From a virus: 64,000 nucleotides of DNA. Numbering within the stretch: the first letter of the stretch is position 1; every line of letters starts with the position of its first letter. The notes beneath the pieces were generated by a model. That model saw only the letters and a program-made list of their open reading frames with translations. It was not told the DNA's origin and searched no databases. A program made the position numbers and the translations under genes. Below are positions 44,189 through 54,560 of the stretch, piece after piece. The stretch is taken from positions 32,001-96,000 of the IMG/VR virus record IMGVR_UViG_3300034073_001700, one strand, 5' to 3'.

Positions 44189-45019
44189 TTATCGAATAAA
44201 TGGATATGTTAGAAAGTTTGTAAACCCAGAAATAAACTGAGAAAACAGGCTTGTTTGTCCAACATATTTTGTTGCTGCAACAACATTTGCCACAGATGTT
44301 CCTGATATGGTGGCAGTTGTTCCATTGTCCCTTACAATTGACATATCTCCAACAGCGACAGCATCTAGTCCAGGACCTCGATTTGTTACCGCAGAAAGCA
44401 TATCTGCTTTAGCAGTCAAGGCACCGACACCCACTGCACCGTCTACGCAGGCTGGAAATCCAACTTTATTAGTCGATCTATTATTTCCTGTTGATACAAA
44501 TGTAGGAATATTTTGTGCTTGTAGATTTGTTATAGCATTTGATACAAGCAAATCAGTTGGACAATTTGTAAAATTAACTCTTGACTGACTTACTGAAAGA
44601 GCATCAATACTATACTTAGATGCGTTTTTAGATACCCAATCCATGGCCTCTGACAGGCTTTTGCCAGAGTTCAAAGAGCCTCCAGATTTAGAAACATCTG
44701 AAATTCTGATAAATACAATTTTAATATTTGGATCAGTCTTCACTGATGCTGCTACCATTGAGTGTCCATGGTAAATTGCATTAAGCATAGAAGAAGGCCA
44801 TACAGGTGAATTTGCAGAACCTTTGCCCTCCATAAACTTTTCACCATTTAAACATGATCTATTTTGTGTAAAGCATACCTCATGAATAATAGAAGGATGC
44901 TTGTCTGAATTAATTGCAGAGTCAATAATTGCTACGACTCTTTCATCTGATGCTTTTGCAACCTGCATAGGTGCAAAAATTGTTACTGCTGATATTACTG
45001 CTATTAGTATTTTTTTCAT
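44189..45019 (-). CDS. Secreted subtilisin-like (S8) protease
   Basis: Signal peptide; AIIDS, HGHSM, GN and SGTS catalytic motifs. Confidence 0.8.
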   Translation of the reverse strand: MKKILIAVISAVTIFAPMQVAKASDERVVAIIDSAINSDKHPSIIHEVCFTQNRSCLNGEKFMEGKGSANSPVWPSSMLNAIYHGHSMVAASVKTDPNIKIVFIRISDVSKSGGSLNSGKSLSEAMDWVSKNASKYSIDALSVSQSRVNFTNCPTDLLVSNAITNLQAQNIPTFVSTGNNRSTNKVGFPACVDGAVGVGALTAKADMLSAVTNRGPGLDAVAVGDMSIVRDNGTTATISGTSVANVVAATKYVGQTSLFSQFISGFTNFLTYPFIR

Positions 45020-45065
45020 TTTTCTCTTTCTGTTTGTTTGTTGTTCTTACACTATAAGTATAGCA

Positions 45066-45599
45066 TTAGATGCTAAGTATGTCAATAGGACCCTTACAAG
45101 ACATAGAGTGATTGATTGCAGCATTTACTGCAAGTACCGCTCTTTTCCTTGCGTCCTTTTGTTTTTGTGTAGAATACAAAGATCCAAGGGCTAGGTCTCC
45201 ACCAGAACCCATGGCAAGATAATCTTGTTCATACTGTGTTAATGACATATCTCCTGCGTTATGCTCATATATCTTTCCACGAACACAAATAATCATTCCA
45301 AAATCTGATGATGTAGATGTATCTACCCACCAATTTTCATAAAATGTTCTTAGGGCTTTTAGAAATTTACTATACATAAATTTATCAATACTGCCCCTAC
45401 CTTCAAATGTTGGTGGAACAAATAAATGTTTTATTCTGTCGCCATCCATAGACCCAGCATATCCAAATAGGTAGCCTTCTTTTTTCCATATCTTAGGACT
45501 AGAGCAAACATTAATTGTATTATCATCAGAGACACCACGATCTCCAGCCATCCAAAGTTTATTATTTACTTTGTCACGGACTACCGCTATGCAAGTCAT
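45066..45599 (-). CDS. Ntn-hydrolase, proteasome-beta/HslV-like protease
   Basis: N-terminal MTCIA, GD, K, GYAG, AMGSGG. Confidence 0.75.
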   Translation of the reverse strand: MTCIAVVRDKVNNKLWMAGDRGVSDDNTINVCSSPKIWKKEGYLFGYAGSMDGDRIKHLFVPPTFEGRGSIDKFMYSKFLKALRTFYENWWVDTSTSSDFGMIICVRGKIYEHNAGDMSLTQYEQDYLAMGSGGDLALGSLYSTQKQKDARKRAVLAVNAAINHSMSCKGPIDILSI

Positions 45600-45615
45600 T
45601 CAAAGCCTTTCTATG

Positions 45616-46239
45616 CTATTGAATTAGTGTACCAGAGCCTCCGCCACCTGTCAACTTGGCTGGCATGTTTTGTCCACATGTTGGACATTTCTTTATTTCA
45701 GTCTTATTAGATTCTACTTTATTTTCAGATGCTGCTGCACCTTTGAATTTTGGACGACCAAATCCTACAATAGATACCTGCACACCCTTTTTATTTTTCT
45801 TATATGCACGAAGTTGTTTACAAACTTCTCCACCATTTCTTTGGCTACCGCCTTTACGATTAGTTGTATTTCCTTCTATGCACCATACAGTTCCATCTTC
45901 ATTATCTTTAATAACAATACCTACATGTGAGATGCGATCTACACCATCTGCTGGGAAATCAAAGTAAGCAATGTCCCCTGGTTCTGGATCACAAATTTGT
46001 GCATCATACCAACGACCAGCCTTTTTAAATGCTGCTGCGCCTGATGGAGTATAAACTGTATTAGGAACTTTTACGCCAGCCTTATCTGCACACCACATAA
46101 CGAAAGATCCACACCATGGTTGAAAGTTAGCCTTTGTAAAGGCACCATACTTTGTTTCATTATCTTTTGGACCTTCAATTGTTCCAAGTTCTTCTTTAGC
46201 AATTTCAATAAGTTTTGCTGCTGTTCCTAATTCTGCCAT
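45616..46239 (-). CDS. CHAP-domain endolysin/peptidase
   Basis: PWCGSFV, PGDI, HVGIV, IEGNT. Confidence 0.85.
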   Translation of the reverse strand: MAELGTAAKLIEIAKEELGTIEGPKDNETKYGAFTKANFQPWCGSFVMWCADKAGVKVPNTVYTPSGAAAFKKAGRWYDAQICDPEPGDIAYFDFPADGVDRISHVGIVIKDNEDGTVWCIEGNTTNRKGGSQRNGGEVCKQLRAYKKNKKGVQVSIVGFGRPKFKGAAASENKVESNKTEIKKCPTCGQNMPAKLTGGGGSGTLIQ

Positions 46240-46241
46240 GA

Positions 46242-46466
46242 TTACTCGTCACCTTTACTTTTACCAGCGAAATATCCGCCAATGATTCCAATTAAACCTA
46301 CAAGAGCATTTTGAACTAAAGCAATAGCATCAGGGTTTGTACCTACAGCCTCGCCAGTCGCAAACTGAGCAGAAAGCATGGCGGTATATTCACCAATTAC
46401 AACAAGACCAATAAAACCTAAAATACCTAAAGTTATATATACCATTAATCTATCTTTTATCTTCAT
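46242..46466 (-). CDS. Small 2-TM protein (holin candidate)
   Basis: Two TM helices; adjacent to the endolysin. Confidence 0.55.
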   Translation of the reverse strand: MKIKDRLMVYITLGILGFIGLVVIGEYTAMLSAQFATGEAVGTNPDAIALVQNALVGLIGIIGGYFAGKSKGDE

Positions 46467-46843
46467 TAGTCTTTATCCCAATCTTCATCAACTTCTGTTT
46501 CTTCTGGCATTTCGCCTTCTGATTTTCCTTCAAGAACTGGCTTTTCTTCTTCAACAACTACATCATCACTTACTTCAACTGGTGCTGATTCTTCTGATCC
46601 AGAATTAGTTTTACCAATTAATATACCAGCAAGCGTTCCAGTAATAAAGGTAGCAATAGAATTTAAAAGATTAAAAAACATTTTATCATTTTCTGCTTGA
46701 GCGCCTATTGGTTGCTCTACAAATATTAAGGCGTATAGATTTCCAGCAACAATTAAAAATACCATAGCCCCAAGCATTATAGCCAATATAAATTTTAGTC
46801 TTGAATCTAACTCTGCTGATGTATATCTAGACTTTGTACTCAC
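46466..46843 (-). CDS. 2-TM membrane protein with acidic tail
   Basis: Two TM helices, QAEND motif. Confidence 0.6.
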   Translation of the reverse strand: MSTKSRYTSAELDSRLKFILAIMLGAMVFLIVAGNLYALIFVEQPIGAQAENDKMFFNLLNSIATFITGTLAGILIGKTNSGSEESAPVEVSDDVVVEEEKPVLEGKSEGEMPEETEVDEDWDKD

Positions 46844-47182
46844 TTAGTTTCCTTTCGATAAGTCATCAACCATTTGGTTAATCTCATCTACATTATCTGG
46901 TGCTGGCGCACTCTTTGGTTCTTCAATTATATCAGAAGTTGTTTCTTCTTGTGGTTCATCTAACATTTCTGGCATTTCTGATATTTCCTCTTTGCCTTCG
47001 GTTGGATCATATCCAAGCAGATCTTCTGTGCAGTAACTTGTACATAGTGGTTTTGTACATCCAGGAGTGCCCCAATTTTCTGGGTCTTGGCATTCATACC
47101 TATACTTGCCTTCAAAAACACCACATGCGGTTAATCCAATAACCAACAGAAGGGCAGAAAATATAGATGCTATAGTCTTCAT
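46844..47182 (-). CDS. Lipoprotein
   Basis: LTAC lipobox; YRYECQDPENW...C..PLC. Confidence 0.7.
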   Translation of the reverse strand: MKTIASIFSALLLVIGLTACGVFEGKYRYECQDPENWGTPGCTKPLCTSYCTEDLLGYDPTEGKEEISEMPEMLDEPQEETTSDIIEEPKSAPAPDNVDEINQMVDDLSKGN

Positions 47183-47195
47183 TATTGACATTATA

Positions 47196-47465
47196 CTATT
47201 CTTTTTCCTCTCTGAGCGGTATTGTTATAAGCCATAATACTGTGGCTGCTACTGTTGCTATACCCACAATTTGTTGGGCAGTACCAGTCAAGGTAAGCCA
47301 TGCAATGAAGAATCCAAGCAATGTCCACACCTGTGCGATGCTCTCCTTAATAGCCTTACCAAACCACCTCAGAAGCCCGTTTACGCCCTTTAAAAGCCAT
47401 TCTATACCCTTCCTTAAAGCATTGACCACTTTTATTTTAGATAAAATAGTCTTAAGTTTTGTCAT
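47196..47465 (-). CDS. Membrane protein
   Basis: WTLLGFFIAWLTLTG TM pair. Confidence 0.6.
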   Translation of the reverse strand: MTKLKTILSKIKVVNALRKGIEWLLKGVNGLLRWFGKAIKESIAQVWTLLGFFIAWLTLTGTAQQIVGIATVAATVLWLITIPLREEKE

Positions 47466-47472
47466 GATTGTA

Positions 47473-49635
47473 TTATACCCTCCTTGTTAACGCAGAAGCC
47501 ACAGAAGAAATTATATTAGAAACAAGAATAACTGGAACAATTACCTCTTGTGCCTTTTCTTTTTGATCATCTGTCATATCTTTACCCCATTGAGTAGGGT
47601 CAGATAATTCTTCTAAATCTATACTGCTAAATACCGCCAAAGGATCCTCTAAAAATAACTCAGCAGCAGCCTCAGTAATAGCGTCTGCAATTGTATATGG
47701 CATAGGGGCATCAGCGTTTTCCTCTGCCTTTTCAGCAAATGTTACGATGGCAGCAGCGACTGCAGGATTATCTTGTGCTTCTTCTGCAAGGATTGCTATA
47801 TCATCTGTCTTTACTCCAAGATCTTTAGCCAACTCAACCTTAGCCTCTGGGGCGAGGGTAGTCAAAGATTGACCAACAGCAGACATTTGTTCTGGTGTTA
47901 ATTTAACAATAATATTATCTTTGCTAGTTAGGTTAGCAATAACGCTAGTTAAGTCAATGGTGGTATTATTAGGTGGTGATGGTTTTGGAGAAGGTGCTAC
48001 AGGAGATTTCTCTGGTTGAGGACTTGGAGTGGGAAGAGGATCTATATCCGTTTGCTGAGGTGTTGGCTCTGGCTGAGGCTCTGGAGATATCTCAGGCTCA
48101 GGGTCTGGAGTTACGGATGATTCATCACCTGTTTGATCGGTTGGCTGAGGATTGGGGAAATCTGGTTCTGTTTGCTCAGGCGATGGCTCAGGATTTGGGG
48201 TAGGCTCTGGTGAAGGCTCTATGGAAGGTTCTGGCTCTATCTCTGGGGTTGGCTCTGGAGTTGGCTGTGTACTTTCTTCTGGTGTGGGGGTTGGCTCTGG
48301 CTCTGGCGTTGGTTGTGGCTGGTTTGCTATAGCCTGTGCAATTGCTGCAGCCACCCTTTGACTTTCTTCAAATTGCCACTGTTTGTTATACTCAGTTTGA
48401 GCATTTAGTATTGCTTGCTGCATGTCTGGTATTGAAACCTCATATTCATTTTGATCTTGTGTGAGGTTTTCTGATGCTATTGTTAGGTTTTCTTGAGCCT
48501 GTGTTAGGTTTGATTCTTCCTCAGAAAGAGTTTGTTGGTATGCTAATAATATAGAGTTCTGCTCATTGTAATAAGATAGTTTATTATTATAAATCTGAAC
48601 CATAGAGTTATAGTCTTGCTGTGCTTGGGCTTGATCTGATACCGCTTGATTATACGCATCAATTTGCGCCTGTGTTGCTCCTTCTCCATAAGAAAATGTG
48701 TTTAGATTGCAACTAAATCCTACTCCCCAGCCTCCAGTATAATCGCATCCTGCTCCAGTCCAGCCACCAGGAATTGCCCATCCAAGATGATATGATCCTG
48801 GGCCTCCTCCGTTATACCACCATATCTCTACATCTAAAGTTTTATCTACGCTAACATCATATACTGGTGAATATGGACTCCATGTTGCTCCCTGCTCCTG
48901 CCAGTTATTAATAGCAAGTTGTCCATCAACATACATTCTAAAGCCATCGTCTGTATATCCTGCAAAGTAGGTGGTTGTCCAGTGATCTGGTACTGTTATT
49001 TTTCCAGTAAATCTAACTATAAAATCTTCATATCTTCCACATACTGGAAGGTTCATTGAATTTGAATTCCATACTCCAGTACATATTATTCCATTTGTAA
49101 TGGCCTCTCCGTTATACCCTCTTGCTAAATAATAAACAGTATATTGTAGACCTGCATTTCCAGCGTTTTGAATTACTATCTGTGCTGTTTGTAGATTTAT
49201 ATTAGCGATATCAAGTTGATCTTGTGCATCATTCTTATCTTGTAATGCTTGATCTTTATCTTCTAATGCAGTAGCCACAGTAACTGTTTGGCCATCTACA
49301 GCAGATAGAGCAAGAGTTTTAGCCTCTAATGCTAAGGACTCCTGCTCTACCGCCGTATCATATTCTTGCTCAGATTCTTCTAAGTTATATTTTGACTGTA
49401 CTGCATAGTTATACTTATCTATTGCGATATCTAGTAATTCTTGAGTTTTTGCCTTGTCATTTAGTTTATTGATATCTGATTGTAATTCTTGGATGTCTTC
49501 ATACGCTTGTATCAATGGGTCAGGCTCTGCTTGAGATGCTGTTGAAAATGTCCACCCTAGCGCAAATATAACTGAAAGAATGATTCTAAATAAATTATTC
49601 TTAATTTCCTTTCTCCAATGTATGTCTCCATACAA
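47473..49635 (-). CDS. PA14-domain surface protein with coiled coils and Pro/Glu linker
   Basis: Signal peptide; TDDGFRMYVDG..INNW (PA14); PEP repeats; C-terminal hydrophobic anchor. Confidence 0.75.
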   Translation of the reverse strand: MYGDIHWRKEIKNNLFRIILSVIFALGWTFSTASQAEPDPLIQAYEDIQELQSDINKLNDKAKTQELLDIAIDKYNYAVQSKYNLEESEQEYDTAVEQESLALEAKTLALSAVDGQTVTVATALEDKDQALQDKNDAQDQLDIANINLQTAQIVIQNAGNAGLQYTVYYLARGYNGEAITNGIICTGVWNSNSMNLPVCGRYEDFIVRFTGKITVPDHWTTTYFAGYTDDGFRMYVDGQLAINNWQEQGATWSPYSPVYDVSVDKTLDVEIWWYNGGGPGSYHLGWAIPGGWTGAGCDYTGGWGVGFSCNLNTFSYGEGATQAQIDAYNQAVSDQAQAQQDYNSMVQIYNNKLSYYNEQNSILLAYQQTLSEEESNLTQAQENLTIASENLTQDQNEYEVSIPDMQQAILNAQTEYNKQWQFEESQRVAAAIAQAIANQPQPTPEPEPTPTPEESTQPTPEPTPEIEPEPSIEPSPEPTPNPEPSPEQTEPDFPNPQPTDQTGDESSVTPDPEPEISPEPQPEPTPQQTDIDPLPTPSPQPEKSPVAPSPKPSPPNNTTIDLTSVIANLTSKDNIIVKLTPEQMSAVGQSLTTLAPEAKVELAKDLGVKTDDIAILAEEAQDNPAVAAAIVTFAEKAEENADAPMPYTIADAITEAAAELFLEDPLAVFSSIDLEELSDPTQWGKDMTDDQKEKAQEVIVPVILVSNIISSVASALTRRV

Positions 49636-49660
49636 GGCAATTATAACATTTAATTAAAAG

Positions 49661-49690
49661 AAAAAGGCGGGAGCAAATGCATCCCGCCCT
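49661..49690 (-). terminator. Intrinsic terminator
   Basis: GGCGGGA/TCCCGCC stem with T-tract on the minus strand. Confidence 0.65.
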
Positions 49691-49705
49691 AATCTTAAGT
49701 TTAGA

Positions 49706-50878
49706 TTACTTAATCAAAGCAACCTTGGCTTTTGGATTCTTTTTATTCCACTTCTTAGCCAACTTGTTAAATGCAACCTTAACTGCAGCAAGAGCAGCAG
49801 CATTGTCTGCCTTTACCTTATCAAGTTCTGCAGCATTAGCAGCAGCAAGATCAGCAAGTGCTTTATCAGCAGCGACCTTAGCAGTTACTGCATCAGCCTT
49901 AAGTGTTACTACTTCTGACTTTAGAGAAAGAATCTCTGTGTCAGATGCCAACTTAGCATCGGCAGCAGCCTTATCAGCAGCAGCCTTTGCATCAGCAAGA
50001 GCCTTGTCTGCAGCAACCTTATCAGCAGCACGTGCTGCCTTTTCTGCATCAAGTGCAGCGTTTGCAGCAGCCAACTCTGTCAAAAGATCACGAACTGCAA
50101 TCTCAGCAAATGGAGATAGTGTACGTGCTGTTAGTCCAGTTACATCTGCAGAAGAAGCCTCTCCTGCTGTAGTTGGAGCAAATGTTACAAGTGAACGAGT
50201 TCCAGTTGTTGGAAGTGTCAACTTAAACTTTGCCTGACCAAAGTCAGATAGTGTTGCACCAGTTGTTGCTGTTGCGGAATCAAGTGTTCCAAGACCAGCA
50301 AATACTGTAGCGGTTAGAGACTTACCAGAAATCTTGTTTCCGAATACGTCTGTTGCAGTTACAACAATGTCCTGCTTAGTTCCTGCAGCACCATTTGCTG
50401 GAGCAGAAACGGAAAGGTTGTTAATCAAACCTGCAGTACCTTGTACATAATATGTTAGTGTTGTTCCTTGATTGGTAACAACAACGGTACCAACAGCAGT
50501 CGTTTTAGTATATACATAGAACGTTGCGGTTGTACCTGTGCCAGTAGCAATTGTGATGCTGGATGATCCAGAACTTGCTGATACTGGTGCAGCAACTGTA
50601 TGTAGTGCTGTTACGATAGTTGCGTTTGTTGCAGTTACAGTTACGGCTGTTCCCGTATCAACTGTTGCAACAAAACGTAGTGCGTCAGTAGCATCGATAG
50701 TGTTATCGGCTGGTACTGGTAGCGCAGCAGGTGTTGCAGAAGATGAAGCAGTTGTATTAGCAACTGAGTTCAAATCTACAGCAACTGTCATGACAGCAGC
50801 ACTTGCAGGTGTTGCGACAAGTGTGCCCATAGTCATGGCTGCAACCACGGCTAGAGCGATTTTCTTAAATGAATTCAT
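49706..50878 (-). CDS. Secreted Ala/Thr-rich Ig-like protein with C-terminal coiled coil
   Basis: Signal peptide ending ASA; TDVFGN Ig-like motif; ADKA repeats. Confidence 0.7.
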   Translation of the reverse strand: MNSFKKIALAVVAAMTMGTLVATPASAAVMTVAVDLNSVANTTASSSATPAALPVPADNTIDATDALRFVATVDTGTAVTVTATNATIVTALHTVAAPVSASSGSSSITIATGTGTTATFYVYTKTTAVGTVVVTNQGTTLTYYVQGTAGLINNLSVSAPANGAAGTKQDIVVTATDVFGNKISGKSLTATVFAGLGTLDSATATTGATLSDFGQAKFKLTLPTTGTRSLVTFAPTTAGEASSADVTGLTARTLSPFAEIAVRDLLTELAAANAALDAEKAARAADKVAADKALADAKAAADKAAADAKLASDTEILSLKSEVVTLKADAVTAKVAADKALADLAAANAAELDKVKADNAAALAAVKVAFNKLAKKWNKKNPKAKVALIK

Positions 50879-50900
50879 TTTTCTCCTTTTATATTCATTC

Positions 50901-52685
50901 TTATATTGTTTTAAGTCTATCCAAATAGTCTTTTATATCTTCTATTTGACTAGGTTTATATTGTATCACGTTCTCAGGGAGCGTGTCAACTCTGCGGGGC
51001 TGGCCACGAAAAGTATGAACTTCTACTTCAAGGTTTTGATCTCTGGGTGTATAAGAAATGGCACCAAAAATAGAACCACAAACAGCATCAGCCAAGTCCT
51101 TAGATTTTTTACGGGGGTGGTCAACCTTATCATTTTTCATAATCTTAAGTTCAGTTAACTCTTCAAACAAAAGTTCTATAGCAGGCATAGCAAGTCGTTC
51201 TTCATACACAAGCATGGCCATATCTTCATAATGCTTCTTTGCTACTGAGACTGTCTCTGTTCTCATTCCTACTGCCTGTAATTCATTTTGAATATCAAAT
51301 GATTGCCAACGGTCAAATGTAACTAATCCTATATTAAACCCAAGCCTTCTTAGATTTTGTATCCACTGTTTTACTTCAGATAGATTAACTGGCCCCTCTA
51401 CCTTTGGCTCCCACCAAGCAACAGCATCTACAACAACAATTGGGGATATTTGTTCATAGTCTTTAATTACTTGAACATTAACCCATTTCTCAACATGGGC
51501 GATTGCGACAGCACACTTGTCATGCTTTTGTGCAAGGTCAGCATGAACATAATAAATTTTTTCTGGGTCTGGCTTAAAGTTTTCCTCAAACCTTCTAAAG
51601 GCATCAAGAGGATTTCTAATAGTCATACATGCCCTTACTTTATTAGCCTGCTTAAAAAATGCATCAGAAGCATAAGTAGGAACACAGGCAAAACGCATCA
51701 TTGCATCTCCAAGGTCAGTCATAAAAGCAATTTTAAAATCATCTATTTGACGAGTAGGATTTACTTCCCATGTTGGGCGCTTAAGTGCAAACACTCCAGG
51801 GTATTTATATGATTTTATGTGATCTTCATCCCAAGCAATCTCAAACCAGTTATCCTTATCATCTTCTGGTAATAATGGATTAATAATAAATCTATGTGTT
51901 TTACCTATAACTTCCTTATCTGCAATTACTGATTCATACCGCTCAGAAATAAAGTCTCCGTTATATCTTGGGAACGAAAGAAGAACTACCTTGCCAAGAT
52001 CAGGAAAGCGGGAGTCAACTGACCCACGGAATGCTTTATAGATATTGTCAGCAGTCTTTCCTTGTTCATTGCCTGTTGCTACCTCTGATGCAAAACCAGA
52101 AATCTCGTCAAGAACTGCTAGTAAAAGATTAAGACCCTCATGAGATTCTCTTTCTGAGTGTCCAGAATAAACTGTAATTGATTTGTCAAAACTAATAGAG
52201 TCTACCTTTGCTTCATACTTGCCAGCAAACCAAGGTGATCTTTCTATCTTTGATTTAAAGCCTTTAAAGAAAACATTCTTAGCCTGCTGTGCGTTAATAG
52301 CAACATTAATAAGATCTATTGCATCTCCACTTGGTTTTCCGAAATATCTTGCAGGGTCTTTAAGACATAATAACTTATAGACAATATAAGAACAGGCAAC
52401 AGTAGAAGTAAAGTCCTTCCCACTGCCCTTCCCAAGTTGAAGAATAATTTCGTTCTTTGTGTATTTTTCATAATATCTTGCTCCTTCCTCTTCTCCCATA
52501 ATAGACTGAAGATCTTCTTTACGATATATCTGACTCATCGCTTCAACAATGTCATATTGAATATCAGATAGTGATGGCTGCCCCAAATAATCTGGAGATT
52601 CGACAAATGTTTTAGCGTCTACTGGGGTTTCTTCAAAATTATTATCGGCAAGCGCTTCAAGAAAATCATCAAACATCATGGACAA
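50901..52685 (-). CDS. Terminase large subunit
   Basis: GKGSGKD Walker A, VLDE Walker B, HADLA, FDRWQS, DH..SKD.ADA nuclease motifs. Confidence 0.88.
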   Translation of the reverse strand: MSMMFDDFLEALADNNFEETPVDAKTFVESPDYLGQPSLSDIQYDIVEAMSQIYRKEDLQSIMGEEEGARYYEKYTKNEIILQLGKGSGKDFTSTVACSYIVYKLLCLKDPARYFGKPSGDAIDLINVAINAQQAKNVFFKGFKSKIERSPWFAGKYEAKVDSISFDKSITVYSGHSERESHEGLNLLLAVLDEISGFASEVATGNEQGKTADNIYKAFRGSVDSRFPDLGKVVLLSFPRYNGDFISERYESVIADKEVIGKTHRFIINPLLPEDDKDNWFEIAWDEDHIKSYKYPGVFALKRPTWEVNPTRQIDDFKIAFMTDLGDAMMRFACVPTYASDAFFKQANKVRACMTIRNPLDAFRRFEENFKPDPEKIYYVHADLAQKHDKCAVAIAHVEKWVNVQVIKDYEQISPIVVVDAVAWWEPKVEGPVNLSEVKQWIQNLRRLGFNIGLVTFDRWQSFDIQNELQAVGMRTETVSVAKKHYEDMAMLVYEERLAMPAIELLFEELTELKIMKNDKVDHPRKKSKDLADAVCGSIFGAISYTPRDQNLEVEVHTFRGQPRRVDTLPENVIQYKPSQIEDIKDYLDRLKTI

Positions 52686-53208
52686 TTGTAATCACTTCAT
52701 CTCTTTTGGCAACATCAGATAGCCTACGCATAATCTCATCACGAATCTGAGGATACTCTGAAGCAATATCTTTAAGGATTCCCATGAGAATTTCTTGCTT
52801 CTTTTCTATTTGTAGCATTTCCTCTGCTAACTCTTTATTTTCTAATAGTCCTGCCTTTTGTAGCATATCAATTCTTTTAGATTCAATATCCATAACAAGT
52901 TTTATAGCCTGTGTTTTTGCTCCAAGATTATTGGTTAGTGATGCCTCGTCTATAACCTCATATGATTTTGCAATTAACTTATTGTAATGAGTATCTGCAA
53001 CAGCAAGGGCTTCTTTTGCACGTGCACGAATTGCATCATTAGCAGAAGCCATAACCTTCCACTCATTAATATGCTGAACTACACGTGTCCTTGGAATAGC
53101 AAGATCTTTAGATATTTTTGTAGCATCATTGCCCTTAAGATACTCTCCAACAACTGTATTTATTTCGTCTAAATGTTTAACTAAATCTTCTTCAGTCGAC
53201 ATGGCCAT
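52669..53208 (-). CDS. Putative terminase small subunit
   Basis: N-terminal HTH plus helices, directly upstream of terL. Confidence 0.6.
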   Translation of the reverse strand: MAMSTEEDLVKHLDEINTVVGEYLKGNDATKISKDLAIPRTRVVQHINEWKVMASANDAIRARAKEALAVADTHYNKLIAKSYEVIDEASLTNNLGAKTQAIKLVMDIESKRIDMLQKAGLLENKELAEEMLQIEKKQEILMGILKDIASEYPQIRDEIMRRLSDVAKRDEVITIVHDV

Positions 53209-53554
53209 ACGCCTCCTGTCTTTGTAATTCTTTTGCTTTTGCAATCTTTAGCAAGACAAGGTATCCTATCAAATCATCTATATCATTATCACCTATGTAC
53301 TCTGTGCCACGCATTATCCTGCTTAATTTATCATCAATCCGAACATGTAGTTGTTCTCTTGGATCCGCTTTACTAAAAATACGAACAGGCTCTAATGCTG
53401 AGTTACCATATGCAATATTTTTTTTAATTAGCATATGTGCTATTTCATGACAAGATTGATAAATTTCTTTACCAGCAGATGTTCCTACGGTTAATAGGTA
53501 TAAGTCCTCACACTTAAAACGTTTCATATCTGGAAAAACTGGATCTAGGCTCAT
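53192..53554 (-). CDS. Nucleotide-modification-associated domain 1 (DUF1599-like)
   Basis: KKN.AYG.S, RIDDKLSR, DLIGY. Confidence 0.7.
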   Translation of the reverse strand: MSLDPVFPDMKRFKCEDLYLLTVGTSAGKEIYQSCHEIAHMLIKKNIAYGNSALEPVRIFSKADPREQLHVRIDDKLSRIMRGTEYIGDNDIDDLIGYLVLLKIAKAKELQRQEAYGHVD

Positions 53555-53706
53555 CGCTTTGACTTCCTCAACCCAAACTTAGCAAGATACACATATATAG
53601 TCTCCACACTTACCCCACATTCTTTTGCTATAGCCTCTGGAGATTTTTTATCAATATGATATCTCTTTTTAAGCCATAGTTCATTTGTATATAGTTTAGC
53701 ACCCAT
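53551..53706 (-). CDS. Small HTH protein
   Basis: Read by eye: MGAKLYTNELWLKKRY...PEAIAKECGVSVETIYVYLAKFGL. Confidence 0.7.
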   Translation of the reverse strand: MGAKLYTNELWLKKRYHIDKKSPEAIAKECGVSVETIYVYLAKFGLRKSKR

Positions 53707-53707
53707 G

Positions 53708-54289
53708 TTATTTTTTGTCAACTCCAATTGCTTTATCCCAGTTGTTAATTGCCCAATGACCTATACCGCAGGCATCCGCAGCATCATAATCGTCTATCTC
53801 TTTGTCATAAATAACATTTAACAATTTAATTGTTCGTTGTTTCCTAAACTCTCTTTCATATGACTTATACCAAGAAGCAGACTTTCCTGGATTAGAAGAT
53901 CTTATTTTTAGTTGTTCTTCTTTGGTTAATTTTTTATTTCCTAAATAACTTTGCCAGGTAATTGGAGATACCTTTCCTATAACATTAATGCCAGTCATTC
54001 CAGCCCCGCCAAGAATTGCACCCTGAACAAGTGCTAAGTCTGCTGCCGTTTTGGGGGAATTCATAAATACAGTATGCTCAATTACTATAGCCTGCATGCA
54101 ATTATAATAGGTAAACAGGGCTTTAGATTTTTTACATGCATCAATTATCTTTTCGTATACATCATTTCCCTCAAAGTTAATTTTTCCATACTTGGCCAAT
54201 TTGCCATGGGAGTAGATGGCAAATGCTAAACTATTTGTGCTGGCATCTATTGCACAAATGTTATAAGGAATTTCACTTTGTTGTGTCAT
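53708..54289 (-). CDS. ruvC: RuvC-like Holliday junction resolvase
   Basis: AIDAST, VIE, P.TW, DAADA. Confidence 0.8.
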   Translation of the reverse strand: MTQQSEIPYNICAIDASTNSLAFAIYSHGKLAKYGKINFEGNDVYEKIIDACKKSKALFTYYNCMQAIVIEHTVFMNSPKTAADLALVQGAILGGAGMTGINVIGKVSPITWQSYLGNKKLTKEEQLKIRSSNPGKSASWYKSYEREFRKQRTIKLLNVIYDKEIDDYDAADACGIGHWAINNWDKAIGVDKK

Positions 54290-54560
54290 TCATTTGTCCC
54301 TTAATTTGTTTTAGTGCTTTTTTAACATCACTAGGATTTATATTACATTTATTGCAAAGTGGGTCATCATTGTAGATGGATAATCTTGACCCACATTTTT
54401 TACATGTTCTATTTTTCCCTTTTCTTTTCTGCCTTCTAGCCTGAATATATCTCTGGGCTATTTTTTCTTTGGTAGCATCTTCTCTACATTTCTCAGAGCA
54501 ATATATTTGATAAGAAATATCTGAAGTAAAATCTTTATCGCACCATTTACAATTTTTCAT
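54273..54560 (-). CDS. Zinc-finger protein
   Basis: C..C, YCS..C and C..C...C..C. Confidence 0.65.
   Translation of the reverse strand: MKNCKWCDKDFTSDISYQIYCSEKCREDATKEKIAQRYIQARRQKRKGKNRTCKKCGSRLSIYNDDPLCNKCNINPSDVKKALKQIKGQMNDTTK

Noticed and set aside
47973-48361. Tandem repeats at 48.0-48.3 kb as a non-coding array
   Set aside because: Explained by the Pro/Glu linker of the PA14 protein
49677-51158. Long plus-strand ORFs 49677-50237 and 50538-51158
   Set aside because: Antisense shadows of the Ala/Thr-rich gene 49706-50878
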